DNA from: an uncultured Frigidibacter sp.
Lineage (GTDB): Bacteria; Pseudomonadota; Alphaproteobacteria; Rhodobacterales; Rhodobacteraceae
Assembly: GCA_964582215.1 (NCBI GenBank)
Contig: CAZORV010000001.1
Coordinates: 6,475 to 70,474 of the forward strand
DNA: 64,000 bases
Direction: 5' to 3'
In this document: positions 8,946-16,953 of the stretch, piece after piece
Layout: every line of letters starts with the position of its first letter
Numbering within the stretch: position 1 is the first letter of the stretch
Notes under the pieces: model-generated
Told to the model about the DNA's origin: nothing
The model's database searches: none
What the model saw: only the letters and a program-made list of their open reading frames with translations
Translations under genes and position numbers: made by a program

Positions 8946-9524
8946 ATGCGGCGTTTGGGGCAAGGTTCGGGTCAGCGTTCGGTTCGCACCCCGGTGCGGG
9001 CGGCGATTCTTCTGGGTCTGGTGGCCCTGCAGGCGGCCTGTGGCGGCATCGGCAGCGGTGACAGCGGGCTGTTCGGGCGGCGCCATTCGGTGCCCAGCGC
9101 CGAAACCGCCGACAAGCGTGCGGCGAACCAGGCGCAGACCCGCAACATCGAGGCGGCCCAGGCCGAGCAGAAGCCGAAGAGCACGATCTGGGATCTGTTT
9201 TCCAACGCGGGCGACCCCGACCAGAAGATCGAGGTGAACAAATACCTCTGGCAGGCGTCGCTTGAGGTGCTGAATTTCCTGCCGATCGAATCGGTTGACC
9301 CGTTCTCGGGGGTGATCGTCACCGGCTTTGGCGCCTCGCCCGGCGGCGGGCGTGCCTATCGCGCGACGATCTATGTGCAGGATCCTGCGCTGGATGCACG
9401 CTCGCTGAAGGTGGCGCTGGTCGGCCGGGGCGGCGGGGCGGTGGATGCCGCGACAGCCCGTGCGGTCGAGGATGCGATCCTGACCCGCGCGCGCCAGATC
9501 CGCATCCGCGACAGCAAGCTTTGA
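8946..9524 (+). CDS. DUF3576-like lipoprotein
   Basis: Lipobox-like LQAAC, then VNKYLWQASLEVLNFLPIESVDPFSGVIVT and EDAILTRARQIRI. Start codon uncertain. Confidence 0.8.
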   Translation: MRRLGQGSGQRSVRTPVRAAILLGLVALQAACGGIGSGDSGLFGRRHSVPSAETADKRAANQAQTRNIEAAQAEQKPKSTIWDLFSNAGDPDQKIEVNKYLWQASLEVLNFLPIESVDPFSGVIVTGFGASPGGGRAYRATIYVQDPALDARSLKVALVGRGGGAVDAATARAVEDAILTRARQIRIRDSKL

Positions 9525-9648
9525 GGCCGGGGCGCAGGCGCGCCCGGCAATGATCCCGACATTTCAGGTTTGAAGCGCCGGTGTTCGGCGGCGCCGCCCG
9601 GCCCGAAGCGCCGACCTATGGCCGCGTCGGCCCGCGACATGCGCGGGC

Positions 9649-9672
9649 GGTGCGTGCGAGCACGCACCCTAC
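9649..9672 (-). repeat. GTAG-type REP element
   Basis: Minus strand GTAG-GGTGCGTG-ctcg-CACGCACC: a GTAG tetranucleotide followed by a perfect palindrome. Confidence 0.75.
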
Positions 9673-9700
9673 CGCCGGGGCCGCGCGGGTCTTTTCCCGG

Positions 9701-9881
9701 ACGCCGGGCTGAGCGGAAAGGGCCGATCTTCCGGTGGAAGAGCGGCCCCGCTCATGCGGGAACGCCTCCCGGGGACCGCGTCAGCCCCTCATAACAGAGG
9801 GCAGCGCCTGCCCCGGATGACGCGAAGCGCCAGCCCCCCCCGCAGGGGCAGGCGCTGCCCGGTCGCTTTGGGCGACCGGGC
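9701..9881 (+). repeat. Composite palindromic repeat (family A, long copy)
   Basis: Shares three blocks in the same order with 16763-16859 (GCCGGGCTGAGCGG; GAACGCC..CC.GG.ACCG..TC.GCCCCTCA; GGGCAGGCG.TGCCCGGTCG.TTTGGGCGACCGGGC) and carries extra hairpin-forming inserts. Confidence 0.8.
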
Positions 9882-9915
9882 GGGGCGGGTGGGGCCGCGC
9901 GCTGCCTCGCTCTGG

Positions 9916-10488
9916 TCAGCCCTTCCGTTCGCCGCACCGCAGAATCGTCACCAGCGTGTCGCCATATTTCCGCTGATCCAGAACCTCGGCCCCCAAAGGC
10001 GGCACCGGCGCCACGCTCTCCTCCCAGACCGCCAGCGCCCCCGGTACGAGCCAGCCCCCGGCAAGCGCCGAGGCCAGCGCCACCTCGCCCCGGCCCCTGC
10101 CATAGGGCGGATCGAGGAAGACGAGGTCGAACGCCGCGCCGCGACGGGGGCCAAGCGCCGTCGCATCGCGGCGCCAGACCTCGGTCACCGCCACCGCCCG
10201 CATCAGCGCGATATTCTGCCGCAAAAGACCCTGCGCGGTCGCGCCATCATCGACAAAGCCCGCATGCGCCGCCCCGCGCGACAGGGCCTCGAGCCCCAGC
10301 GCCCCGGTCCCGGCAAAAAGATCCAGGACCCGGGCGCCGGTGACGGGATTGCCATAGCCGCCGTTGATCAGAAGGTTGAAGATCGCCTCGCGCACCCGGT
10401 CAGACGTCGGGCGAAGATGCGCGGCGGCATCGCCGGCGCCGACATCGGCAAGCTTCAGGCCGCGCCGCTCGCCCCCGATGATTCTCAT
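9916..10488 (-). CDS. rsmD: 16S rRNA m2G966 methyltransferase
   Basis: MRIIGG, LRPTSDRVREAIFN, VLDLFAGTGALGLEALSRGA and FLDPPY motifs. Confidence 0.95.
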   Translation of the reverse strand: MRIIGGERRGLKLADVGAGDAAAHLRPTSDRVREAIFNLLINGGYGNPVTGARVLDLFAGTGALGLEALSRGAAHAGFVDDGATAQGLLRQNIALMRAVAVTEVWRRDATALGPRRGAAFDLVFLDPPYGRGRGEVALASALAGGWLVPGALAVWEESVAPVPPLGAEVLDQRKYGDTLVTILRCGERKG

Positions 10489-11711
10489 GCCTTCAAAAGC
10501 GCCTTCAGGTCGGTGGCCGGGTCGGCAATCACGGCGGGGTCGGGCGATGTGCCGGCCTCGATCAGCCGCTTGCCAATCATATAGGCGCGGCTGTCGTCCA
10601 TCGCATCGACCGCCAGCAACCGGTCACCCTGATAATACCAGAAGGACACGCCCCCCCCCTCGCCCGCGCGCGCCCCCTCAACCGCGCGACTGACGATATG
10701 GTCATAGCCGCTGTTCAGCCCGGCGATCTGCAGCTTGGTGTCATACTGGTCCGACCAGAACCATGGCCGCGCCAGATAGGGTTGACCGGCGCCCAGCATG
10801 TTCGCCGCGACGACCTCGGCCTGATCGATGGCGTTGCCGACGCTTTCCAGCCGGATCCGCCCGCCCGCATGGGGAAACGAGGCGCAATCCCCCGCCGCCC
10901 AGACGCAGGGGTCCGAGGTCCGGCCCAGCCCGTCGGTGCGGATACCGTTCTCGATCGCCAGACCCGCCGCTTCGGCCAGTTCGATGTTGGGCTGAATGCC
11001 GATGCCCACGATCACCAGATCGGCCGGCACCTCGCGCCCGTCGGCCAGACGCGCGGCACGCACCTCGCCCTCGCCCTCCAGCCGGTCGAGCCCGACCCCT
11101 TCCAGCACCGTCACCCCGTGGGCGGCGTGAAGCGCGCGGAACCAGGCCGAGGTCTCGGGCGACGCCACCCGCTGCAGGATGCGCGGCGCCGCCTCGATCA
11201 GCGTGACCGTCAGCCCGCGTCTGGCCGCAACCGCCGCCGCCTCAAGCCCGATATAGCCGCCGCCGACGATCACCGCGCGGGCGCCCGGCCGGACATGCGG
11301 CGCCAGCGCATCGACATCGGCCAGGGTCCGGACGGTAAAGACATTGCCGAGCCCGCCCCCGATGGCGGCCGGCAGACCCCGCGCCCGCGATCCGGTGGTC
11401 AGGGCGAGCTGATCATAGGACATGGTCTGGCCGTCAAACCGCACCACCCGGGCCAAGGGGTCAATCGCCGCAACCCGGACGCCCAGATGCAGCGCGACCT
11501 CTTGTTCCGCCCAGAACGACGGGGCGCGCAGATAAAGCCGCTCCAGCTCCATCTCGCCCAGAAGATAGGCCTTGGACAGGGGCGGGCGCTGATAGGGCGG
11601 CACCGGTTCCTCGCCGATCATCGTCAGATCGCCGCCATAGCCCAGCGCCCGCAGCTTCGCCGCCAGCGCCGCCCCGGCCTGCCCGGCCCCCACGATCACG
11701 ATCCCCGGCAT
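10485..11711 (-). CDS. NAD(P)/FAD-dependent ferredoxin reductase-like oxidoreductase
   Basis: GAGQAG, PYQRPPLSK, GGGYIGLE, WAAGDCA, RLES and PWFWSDQY motifs. Confidence 0.92.
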   Translation of the reverse strand: MPGIVIVGAGQAGAALAAKLRALGYGGDLTMIGEEPVPPYQRPPLSKAYLLGEMELERLYLRAPSFWAEQEVALHLGVRVAAIDPLARVVRFDGQTMSYDQLALTTGSRARGLPAAIGGGLGNVFTVRTLADVDALAPHVRPGARAVIVGGGYIGLEAAAVAARRGLTVTLIEAAPRILQRVASPETSAWFRALHAAHGVTVLEGVGLDRLEGEGEVRAARLADGREVPADLVIVGIGIQPNIELAEAAGLAIENGIRTDGLGRTSDPCVWAAGDCASFPHAGGRIRLESVGNAIDQAEVVAANMLGAGQPYLARPWFWSDQYDTKLQIAGLNSGYDHIVSRAVEGARAGEGGGVSFWYYQGDRLLAVDAMDDSRAYMIGKRLIEAGTSPDPAVIADPATDLKALLKA

Positions 11712-11720
11712 GGCCAACCC

Positions 11721-11750
11721 CTTGTGTCATTTCCGGGTCGGACCCTATAT
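11721..11750 (+). promoter_or_regulatory. Putative RpoH-type promoter of the peroxiredoxin
   Basis: CTTG-N18-CCCTATAT ending about 35 nt upstream of the ATG. Confidence 0.5.
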
Positions 11751-11785
11751 CCTTGGTCACTGGAAAAGCAACGCGCGAGGATGTG

Positions 11786-12271
11786 ATGACACTGAAACCC
11801 GGCATGAGCCTGCCCGACGCGACCCTGGCCAAATTCGGCGCGAACGGACCCGAGCTGGTTCGGCTGTCGGACCGGCTGAAGGGCCGCAAGATGGTGGTCT
11901 TCGCCCTGCCCGGCGCCTACACCGGCACCTGCTCGACCTCGCATATTCCCAGCTTCATCCGCACCGCCGCGGCCTTTCGCGCCAAAGGCGTCGAGGGCAT
12001 CATCTGCATCTCGGTCAACGACCCGTTCGTGCTGAAGGCCTGGGGCGAAGCCACCGGCGCGACCGCCGCCGGGATCGAGCATCTGGGCGATGCCGACGGT
12101 TCCTTCACCCGCGCGCTCGGCATGGAGTTCACGGCGCCGCAGATCGGCCTCGTCGGCCGGTCGAACCGCTATGCGCTGGTCGTCGAGGACGGGGTGGTGA
12201 CCCATGCCGGGGTCGACAAGCCCGGCGAATGCAGCATCAGCAAGGGCGAAGAGCTTCTGGAAACCCTCTGA
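11786..12271 (+). CDS. Peroxiredoxin, Prx5/type II family
   Basis: FALPGAYTGTCSTSH (peroxidatic Cys), SVNDPFV and RSNRYAL motifs. Confidence 0.92.
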   Translation: MTLKPGMSLPDATLAKFGANGPELVRLSDRLKGRKMVVFALPGAYTGTCSTSHIPSFIRTAAAFRAKGVEGIICISVNDPFVLKAWGEATGATAAGIEHLGDADGSFTRALGMEFTAPQIGLVGRSNRYALVVEDGVVTHAGVDKPGECSISKGEELLETL

Positions 12272-12283
12272 CGCCGCCAAGAT

Positions 12284-12670
12284 TCAGGGCGCCGTTTCAC
12301 CCGGCGCCTTGTTCCGGGCGTAAAGCTCGCACAGGCAGGCAACCGGCCCGGAATGGTCGCGCTGCACCGCCGCCGCCCCGGCCAGCCGGTCGAACCGCGC
12401 CGCCATCTGCAGATCGAGTGCCGTCAGACCACCCGCGTCATGGCTGGTCAGCGTGACATCGACGACATTATAGACATTCGACCACTCCGGATGATGGTTC
12501 AGCTTCTCGGCCACCAGCGCGGCCCGCGACATGAACCCCCAGGCCTCGGAAAAGCTTCTGAATGTCCAGATCTTGCGGATCGCGTCACGCCCCGCCACCG
12601 CCCGCCAGCCGGTCTCGCCCAGCGCGGGCAGCTGCGCCAGACGCTCGGCCCCGGACAAAAGCTCACTCAT
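12284..12670 (-). CDS. Pterin-4-alpha-carbinolamine dehydratase with C-terminal extension
   Basis: [33 protein letters not shown] motif. ATG at 12670 with an AGGGAGG RBS. Confidence 0.92.
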   Translation of the reverse strand: MSELLSGAERLAQLPALGETGWRAVAGRDAIRKIWTFRSFSEAWGFMSRAALVAEKLNHHPEWSNVYNVVDVTLTSHDAGGLTALDLQMAARFDRLAGAAAVQRDHSGPVACLCELYARNKAPGETAP

Positions 12671-12726
12671 CGCCCCCGCCTCCCTGATCGGACAGGGAAC
12701 CCGCCTTCCCGCGCTGATTCCCCCGG

Positions 12727-12777
12727 ATTTTCTGTCCCTAAATGTCCCACGGGGGTGCGGGGGGGTGAAGCCCCCGC
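12727..12777. repeat. Intra-operon repeat family C, copy 1
   Basis: ATTTTCTGTCCCTAAATGTCCCACGGGGGTGCGGGGGGGTGAAGCCCCCGC is homologous to 55838-55884. Confidence 0.75.
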
Positions 12778-13943
12778 TACGCCGGATCAGGCGGCGCGCG
12801 GCGGAAAGGCCCAAAGGCGGCCTGCCCCTCGATCTCGTCGCCCAGCGCCTGCCGCTCCCCCGCAAGATAGCGCGCCACCGCCGCGCGGAACCCCTTGTCG
12901 GCGATCCAGTGCAGCGAATGGGTCCCGGCCGGCAGATAGCCGCGCGCAAGTTTATGTTCGCCCTGCGCCCCGGCCTCGACCCGGGCAAGGCGATGGGCGA
13001 TGGCATAGTCGATCGCCTGATAATAGCAGGCCTCGAAATGCAGGCAGGGGTGATCCTCGACGGCGCCCCAATAGCGGCCGTAAAGCGTGTCGCGGCCGAT
13101 GAAGTTCAGCGCGCCCGCGACCGGGCGGCCCTGACGTTCGGCCAGCACCAGCAGCACATCACCGCGCATCGTCTGGTGCAGCGCGTCGAAAAAGGCCCGC
13201 GTCAGATAGGGCTGGCCCCATTTCCGGCTGCCGGTGTCCTGATAAAAGGCCCAGAAGGCCTGCCAATGGCCGGGCTCGATCTGGTCGCCGGTCAGTTGGC
13301 GGAGGGTGCCGCCAAAGGCCAGCGCCGTGGCACGCTCCTTGCGGATCGCCTTGCGCTTGCGCGAGGCGAGGTCGGCCAGAAACGCCTCGAAATCGGCGTA
13401 GCCCCGGTTTTCCCAGTGATATTGCATGGTCAGCCGGGACAGAAGCCCGGCCGCCTGGCCCCAGCGCGCCTCGTCACCGGTGCAGAAGGTCAGGTGCAGG
13501 CTGGACAGGTGGTTCTGTTCGGCCAGCCGGATCGCCCCGGCCAGCAAGGCCGCCCGGCCCTCGGCCTGATGACCCGGCCGGGTCAGAAGCCGCGGGCCGG
13601 TGACCGGGGTAAAGGGGACCGCCGCCTGAAGCTTGGGGTAATAGCGCCCGCCCGCCCGCTCATAAGCCTCGGCCCAGCCGTGGTCGAAGATATATTCGCC
13701 CTGGCTGTGCGACTTGGCAAAAAGCGGCATGGCGCCGACGACCCGGCCTTCGTCCCGCGCGATCAGATGGCAGGGCTGCCAGCCGGTGCCCGGCCCGACC
13801 GAACCCGAGGATTCCAGCGCCGCCAGAAACCGGTGGGTGACAAAGGGATTGGCGGGCCGCCCGCCGTCCGCATCCGCGCAGGCGTCCCAGTCGGCGGCGG
13901 CTATGTCGCGAATGTCCGCGTGGGTGGTGACGGTCAGGCTCAT
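12777..13943 (-). CDS. GNAT/FemAB-related protein (DUF482)
   Basis: [48 protein letters not shown] and [11 protein letters not shown] motifs. Confidence 0.92.
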   Translation of the reverse strand: MSLTVTTHADIRDIAAADWDACADADGGRPANPFVTHRFLAALESSGSVGPGTGWQPCHLIARDEGRVVGAMPLFAKSHSQGEYIFDHGWAEAYERAGGRYYPKLQAAVPFTPVTGPRLLTRPGHQAEGRAALLAGAIRLAEQNHLSSLHLTFCTGDEARWGQAAGLLSRLTMQYHWENRGYADFEAFLADLASRKRKAIRKERATALAFGGTLRQLTGDQIEPGHWQAFWAFYQDTGSRKWGQPYLTRAFFDALHQTMRGDVLLVLAERQGRPVAGALNFIGRDTLYGRYWGAVEDHPCLHFEACYYQAIDYAIAHRLARVEAGAQGEHKLARGYLPAGTHSLHWIADKGFRAAVARYLAGERQALGDEIEGQAAFGPFRRAPPDPA

Positions 13944-13974
13944 GCGCCCATGGGGTCGGGGGCCGCGCCCCGCG

Positions 13975-14754
13975 TCAAGCGGGAATGGCGGCGGCGTAGC
14001 CTTCAAAGGTCACATTTTCGGCAAAGCGCCGCGCGGCCGCCTCGGACGCTGCCGACCGGATCGTCCAGGTCAGCACATGAATGCCGTCGGCCCTGAGACT
14101 GGCGATCAGCGGCCGGTCAAGATCGGACGCCTCGTGCGAGATGAAGCTGGCGCCGGTGCGTTCGATGTCGCGGATGTCGCGCAATTCGTCCCGGACCGGG
14201 CCGGGCAACAGCGGCCAGTCCCCGGGCCGGAAGGCGCTGGTGGTGATGCCGCGCGGCCGGTCCGGCGCCGCCTCGGCCAGGGCCGCGACCGAATGGGGGT
14301 TGAACGACATCAGCGCCACCGGCCCGTCATAACCGGCAAGGCAGGCCGCCACCGCCCGTTCCAGATCGCCGACGGCCGGTCCCATGGCGCCGTCCTGATC
14401 CTTGATCTCGATCAGCAGCGGCACCTGTCCTGCGACAATCGTCAGAACCTCGGCCAGGGTCGGCACGCCTTCATCCGCGTCCAGCAGCGGCAGGGCCGAC
14501 AGTTCAGCCGCCGTCAGACCCCGGATGCGCCCCGGTTGGCCGGTCAGGCGGCGCAGGTCGTAATCGTGAAAGACCATCGGCACGCCATCGGCCGATGGCT
14601 GAATGTCGCATTCGATGCCGTAACCCGCCGCGATCGCCGCCCGCACCGCCGCGCGCGAGTTTTCCGGCCGGCCGGCGGCGCGGTCGTGATAGGCGCGGTG
14701 GGCGATGGGCCGGTTCAGAAACCCCTTTGGCAGGGCAACGGGGGCGGGCATCAC
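13975..14754 (-). CDS. Glycerophosphodiester phosphodiesterase family protein
   Basis: IAHRA, PENS, IECDI, VFHD, LIEIK and WTI motifs. Confidence 0.9.
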   Translation of the reverse strand: MMPAPVALPKGFLNRPIAHRAYHDRAAGRPENSRAAVRAAIAAGYGIECDIQPSADGVPMVFHDYDLRRLTGQPGRIRGLTAAELSALPLLDADEGVPTLAEVLTIVAGQVPLLIEIKDQDGAMGPAVGDLERAVAACLAGYDGPVALMSFNPHSVAALAEAAPDRPRGITTSAFRPGDWPLLPGPVRDELRDIRDIERTGASFISHEASDLDRPLIASLRADGIHVLTWTIRSAASEAAARRFAENVTFEGYAAAIPA

Positions 14755-15215
14755 CTGACCTGAAAGATCGCTTCGACCTCGACCGCGACGCCAAGCGGCA
14801 GCGCGGGCGCGCCGACGGCCGCGCGCGCGTGGCGTCCGGCATCGCCGAAAAGCTCGACCATCAGGTCCGAACAGCCGTTGATCACCTTGGGCTGGTCGGT
14901 GAAATCGGCGGACGAATTGACGAAGCCCGTCAGCTTGACCACGCGCACCACCCGGTCAAGATCGCCACCACAGGCCGCACGCACCTGCGCGACAAGGCTC
15001 AGGCCGCAGCGCCGCGCCGCCGCAGCGCCCGCAGCGACATCCATGTCCTGCCCGAGGCGCCCCCTGATCAGCCCGTCCGGCCCCTGACTGATCTGCCCGG
15101 ACACGAAGACCAGATCACCGGTCTGCACGAAGGGCACATAATTCGCCGCAGGTGCCGGGGCGTCAGGCAGGGTGATGCCCAGTTCGGCAAGGCGGCTTTC
15201 GATCTTTCCGGTCAT
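14751..15215 (-). CDS. RidA/YjgF family protein
   Basis: PAANYVP, VSGQ, VINGCSDL and GRHARAAVG..LPLGVAVEVE motifs. Confidence 0.92.
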   Translation of the reverse strand: MTGKIESRLAELGITLPDAPAPAANYVPFVQTGDLVFVSGQISQGPDGLIRGRLGQDMDVAAGAAAARRCGLSLVAQVRAACGGDLDRVVRVVKLTGFVNSSADFTDQPKVINGCSDLMVELFGDAGRHARAAVGAPALPLGVAVEVEAIFQVR

Positions 15216-15396
15216 CTCATCCTCGCAAATTGTCGCGGCGCAGACTATCCGGGCCGGGCGGCAGGGAAAAGGCCCAAAGGCTGCGGCGGAAACCGGTCAC
15301 ATTTCCGGCCTTTCGCGCAGCGCCGCTTGCAACCCGCGCGCGTGGCTTTTATGGCAGGGCAATCGTTTCCAGGGTTCCGGTTCGGGAAGGCGCATT

Positions 15397-16146
15397 ATGA
15401 TTGCAAGGTCTTTGCCAACGGCGTTTGCCCGCCTGTCCGGGATTGCCGCCATCGCGCTGGCGGCAGGCTGCGCGCAGGTTCAGCCGCCAGCCGGCGTCAA
15501 TGACCCCTACGAGCAAGGCAACCGCTCGGTCCACAGGTTCAACATCGCCGTCGACCGCACCTTTTTCGGCGATGGTCAGAAAAAGGGCCTGATCCCGACA
15601 ATCCCGCGCCCGGTCTCGGTCGGGTTCAGCAATTTTGCGGCGAACCTCGGGATGCCCAGCGCGGTGATGAACAGCCTGTTGCAGGGCAAGCCCGGCCCGG
15701 CCCTGCAGAACACCTTCCGCTTTGCGCTGAACACGACCGTCGGAATCGGCGGCCTGTTCGATCCGGCGACAAAGATCGGCCTGAACGCCGATCCGGCCGA
15801 CTTTGGCGAAACGCTGCATGTCTGGGGTGCGCCCGAAGGCGCCTATCTGGAAGTGCCGTTCCTTGGCCCCTCGACCGAGCGGGATATTGCCGGGACCATC
15901 ATCGATATCGTCATCGACCCGGTCAACACTCTGGTCGACACGCGCGAGGCTGCCTATATCACGGCAGGACGGCTGACGGCCAAGGTCGGCAACCGCCAGC
16001 GGTTCGCCGACACCTACGAGTCGATCCTGTATGAAAGCGCCGACAGCTACGCCCAGGCGCGGTTGCTGTATCTGCAGAACCGCCACTTTGAACTGGGTAT
16101 CGAAGAGGAAGCCTTTGACCCCTATGAGGATCCCTATGCACAGTGA
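15397..16146 (+). CDS. mlaA: VacJ/MlaA family lipoprotein
   Basis: Lipobox LAAGC, DPYEQGNR, RFALNTTVGIGGLFD and DFGETLHVWGAPEGAYLEVPFLGPSTERD. Confidence 0.92.
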   Translation: MIARSLPTAFARLSGIAAIALAAGCAQVQPPAGVNDPYEQGNRSVHRFNIAVDRTFFGDGQKKGLIPTIPRPVSVGFSNFAANLGMPSAVMNSLLQGKPGPALQNTFRFALNTTVGIGGLFDPATKIGLNADPADFGETLHVWGAPEGAYLEVPFLGPSTERDIAGTIIDIVIDPVNTLVDTREAAYITAGRLTAKVGNRQRFADTYESILYESADSYAQARLLYLQNRHFELGIEEEAFDPYEDPYAQ

Positions 16147-16735
16147 CCTGTCCCGCCGTGGTTTTACGGCGCTGAGCCTTGCCGGGCTGGCAGCATTTTC
16201 CCTGCCGGGCGCGGCGGCTGCGATGTCGGTCGAAGAGGCGCGGGCGCTGGTGGACAAGCTGATCGGCGAGATCAACGGCGTCATCAGTTCCGGCGCGTCC
16301 GAGGGCGCGATGTACGGCAAGTTCGAATCGATCTTCGACCGGTATGCCGACGTCGGCTATATCTCGGCTTCCGCACTCGGGCCGCGCGGGCGCGGTGCGT
16401 CGGCGGCGCAGAAGCAGGCCTTCGCGGCGGCGTACAAACATTATGTGTCGGTCAAGTACGGCAAGCGTTTCCGCGAGTTCATCGGCGGCAAGATCGAAGT
16501 GACCGGCGCCAAGCCGCTGAAGAACTTCTTCGAGGTCGTGTCGGTGGCCAAGCTGCAGGGTCAGGCGCCGTTCGAGGTGCGCTGGCAGGTCTTCGACAAG
16601 TCGGGCAAGAAGAAATTCTTCAACATCATCATCGAAGGCGTGAACATGCTGGCCTCTGAGCGGACCGAGATCGGTTCGATGCTGGACAAGCAGGGCGGCG
16701 ATATCGACAAGCTGATCGCGGTGCTGAAGGGCTGA
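16136..16735 (+). CDS. mlaC: MlaC/Ttg2D phospholipid-binding periplasmic protein
   Basis: Twin-arginine-like signal (SRRGF) and NIIIEGVNMLASERTE. Overlaps the end of mlaA. Confidence 0.88.
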   Translation: MHSDLSRRGFTALSLAGLAAFSLPGAAAAMSVEEARALVDKLIGEINGVISSGASEGAMYGKFESIFDRYADVGYISASALGPRGRGASAAQKQAFAAAYKHYVSVKYGKRFREFIGGKIEVTGAKPLKNFFEVVSVAKLQGQAPFEVRWQVFDKSGKKKFFNIIIEGVNMLASERTEIGSMLDKQGGDIDKLIAVLKG

Positions 16736-16762
16736 CGTCCGGCGGCGCGACCCCGTCGGCCA

Positions 16763-16859
16763 ATGCCGGGCTGAGCGGGAAACGCCACCCCGGAACCGTC
16801 TCGGCCCCTCACCGCGGCGGGCAGGGCAGGCGTTGCCCGGTCGTTTTGGGCGACCGGGC
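16763..16859 (+). repeat. Composite palindromic repeat (family A, short copy)
   Basis: Collinear with 9701-9881. Ends in the GCCCGGTCG/CGACCGGGC hairpin. Confidence 0.8.
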
Positions 16860-16953
16860 AGCCTGGGTGGAATCGTTCGGTCACGGCAGGGTCAACGGCC
16901 CCTGCCGGCCGGGGCCGCGCTGATCTTTCCCGTTGACGCCGGACCGAACGGGA

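Noticed and set aside
9525..9915. CRISPR array, tRNA or riboswitch in the structured intergenic gap
   Set aside because: No regularly spaced direct repeats, no cloverleaf or T-loop motif, and it lies between two 3' ends. It is better explained as a REP-like mosaic.
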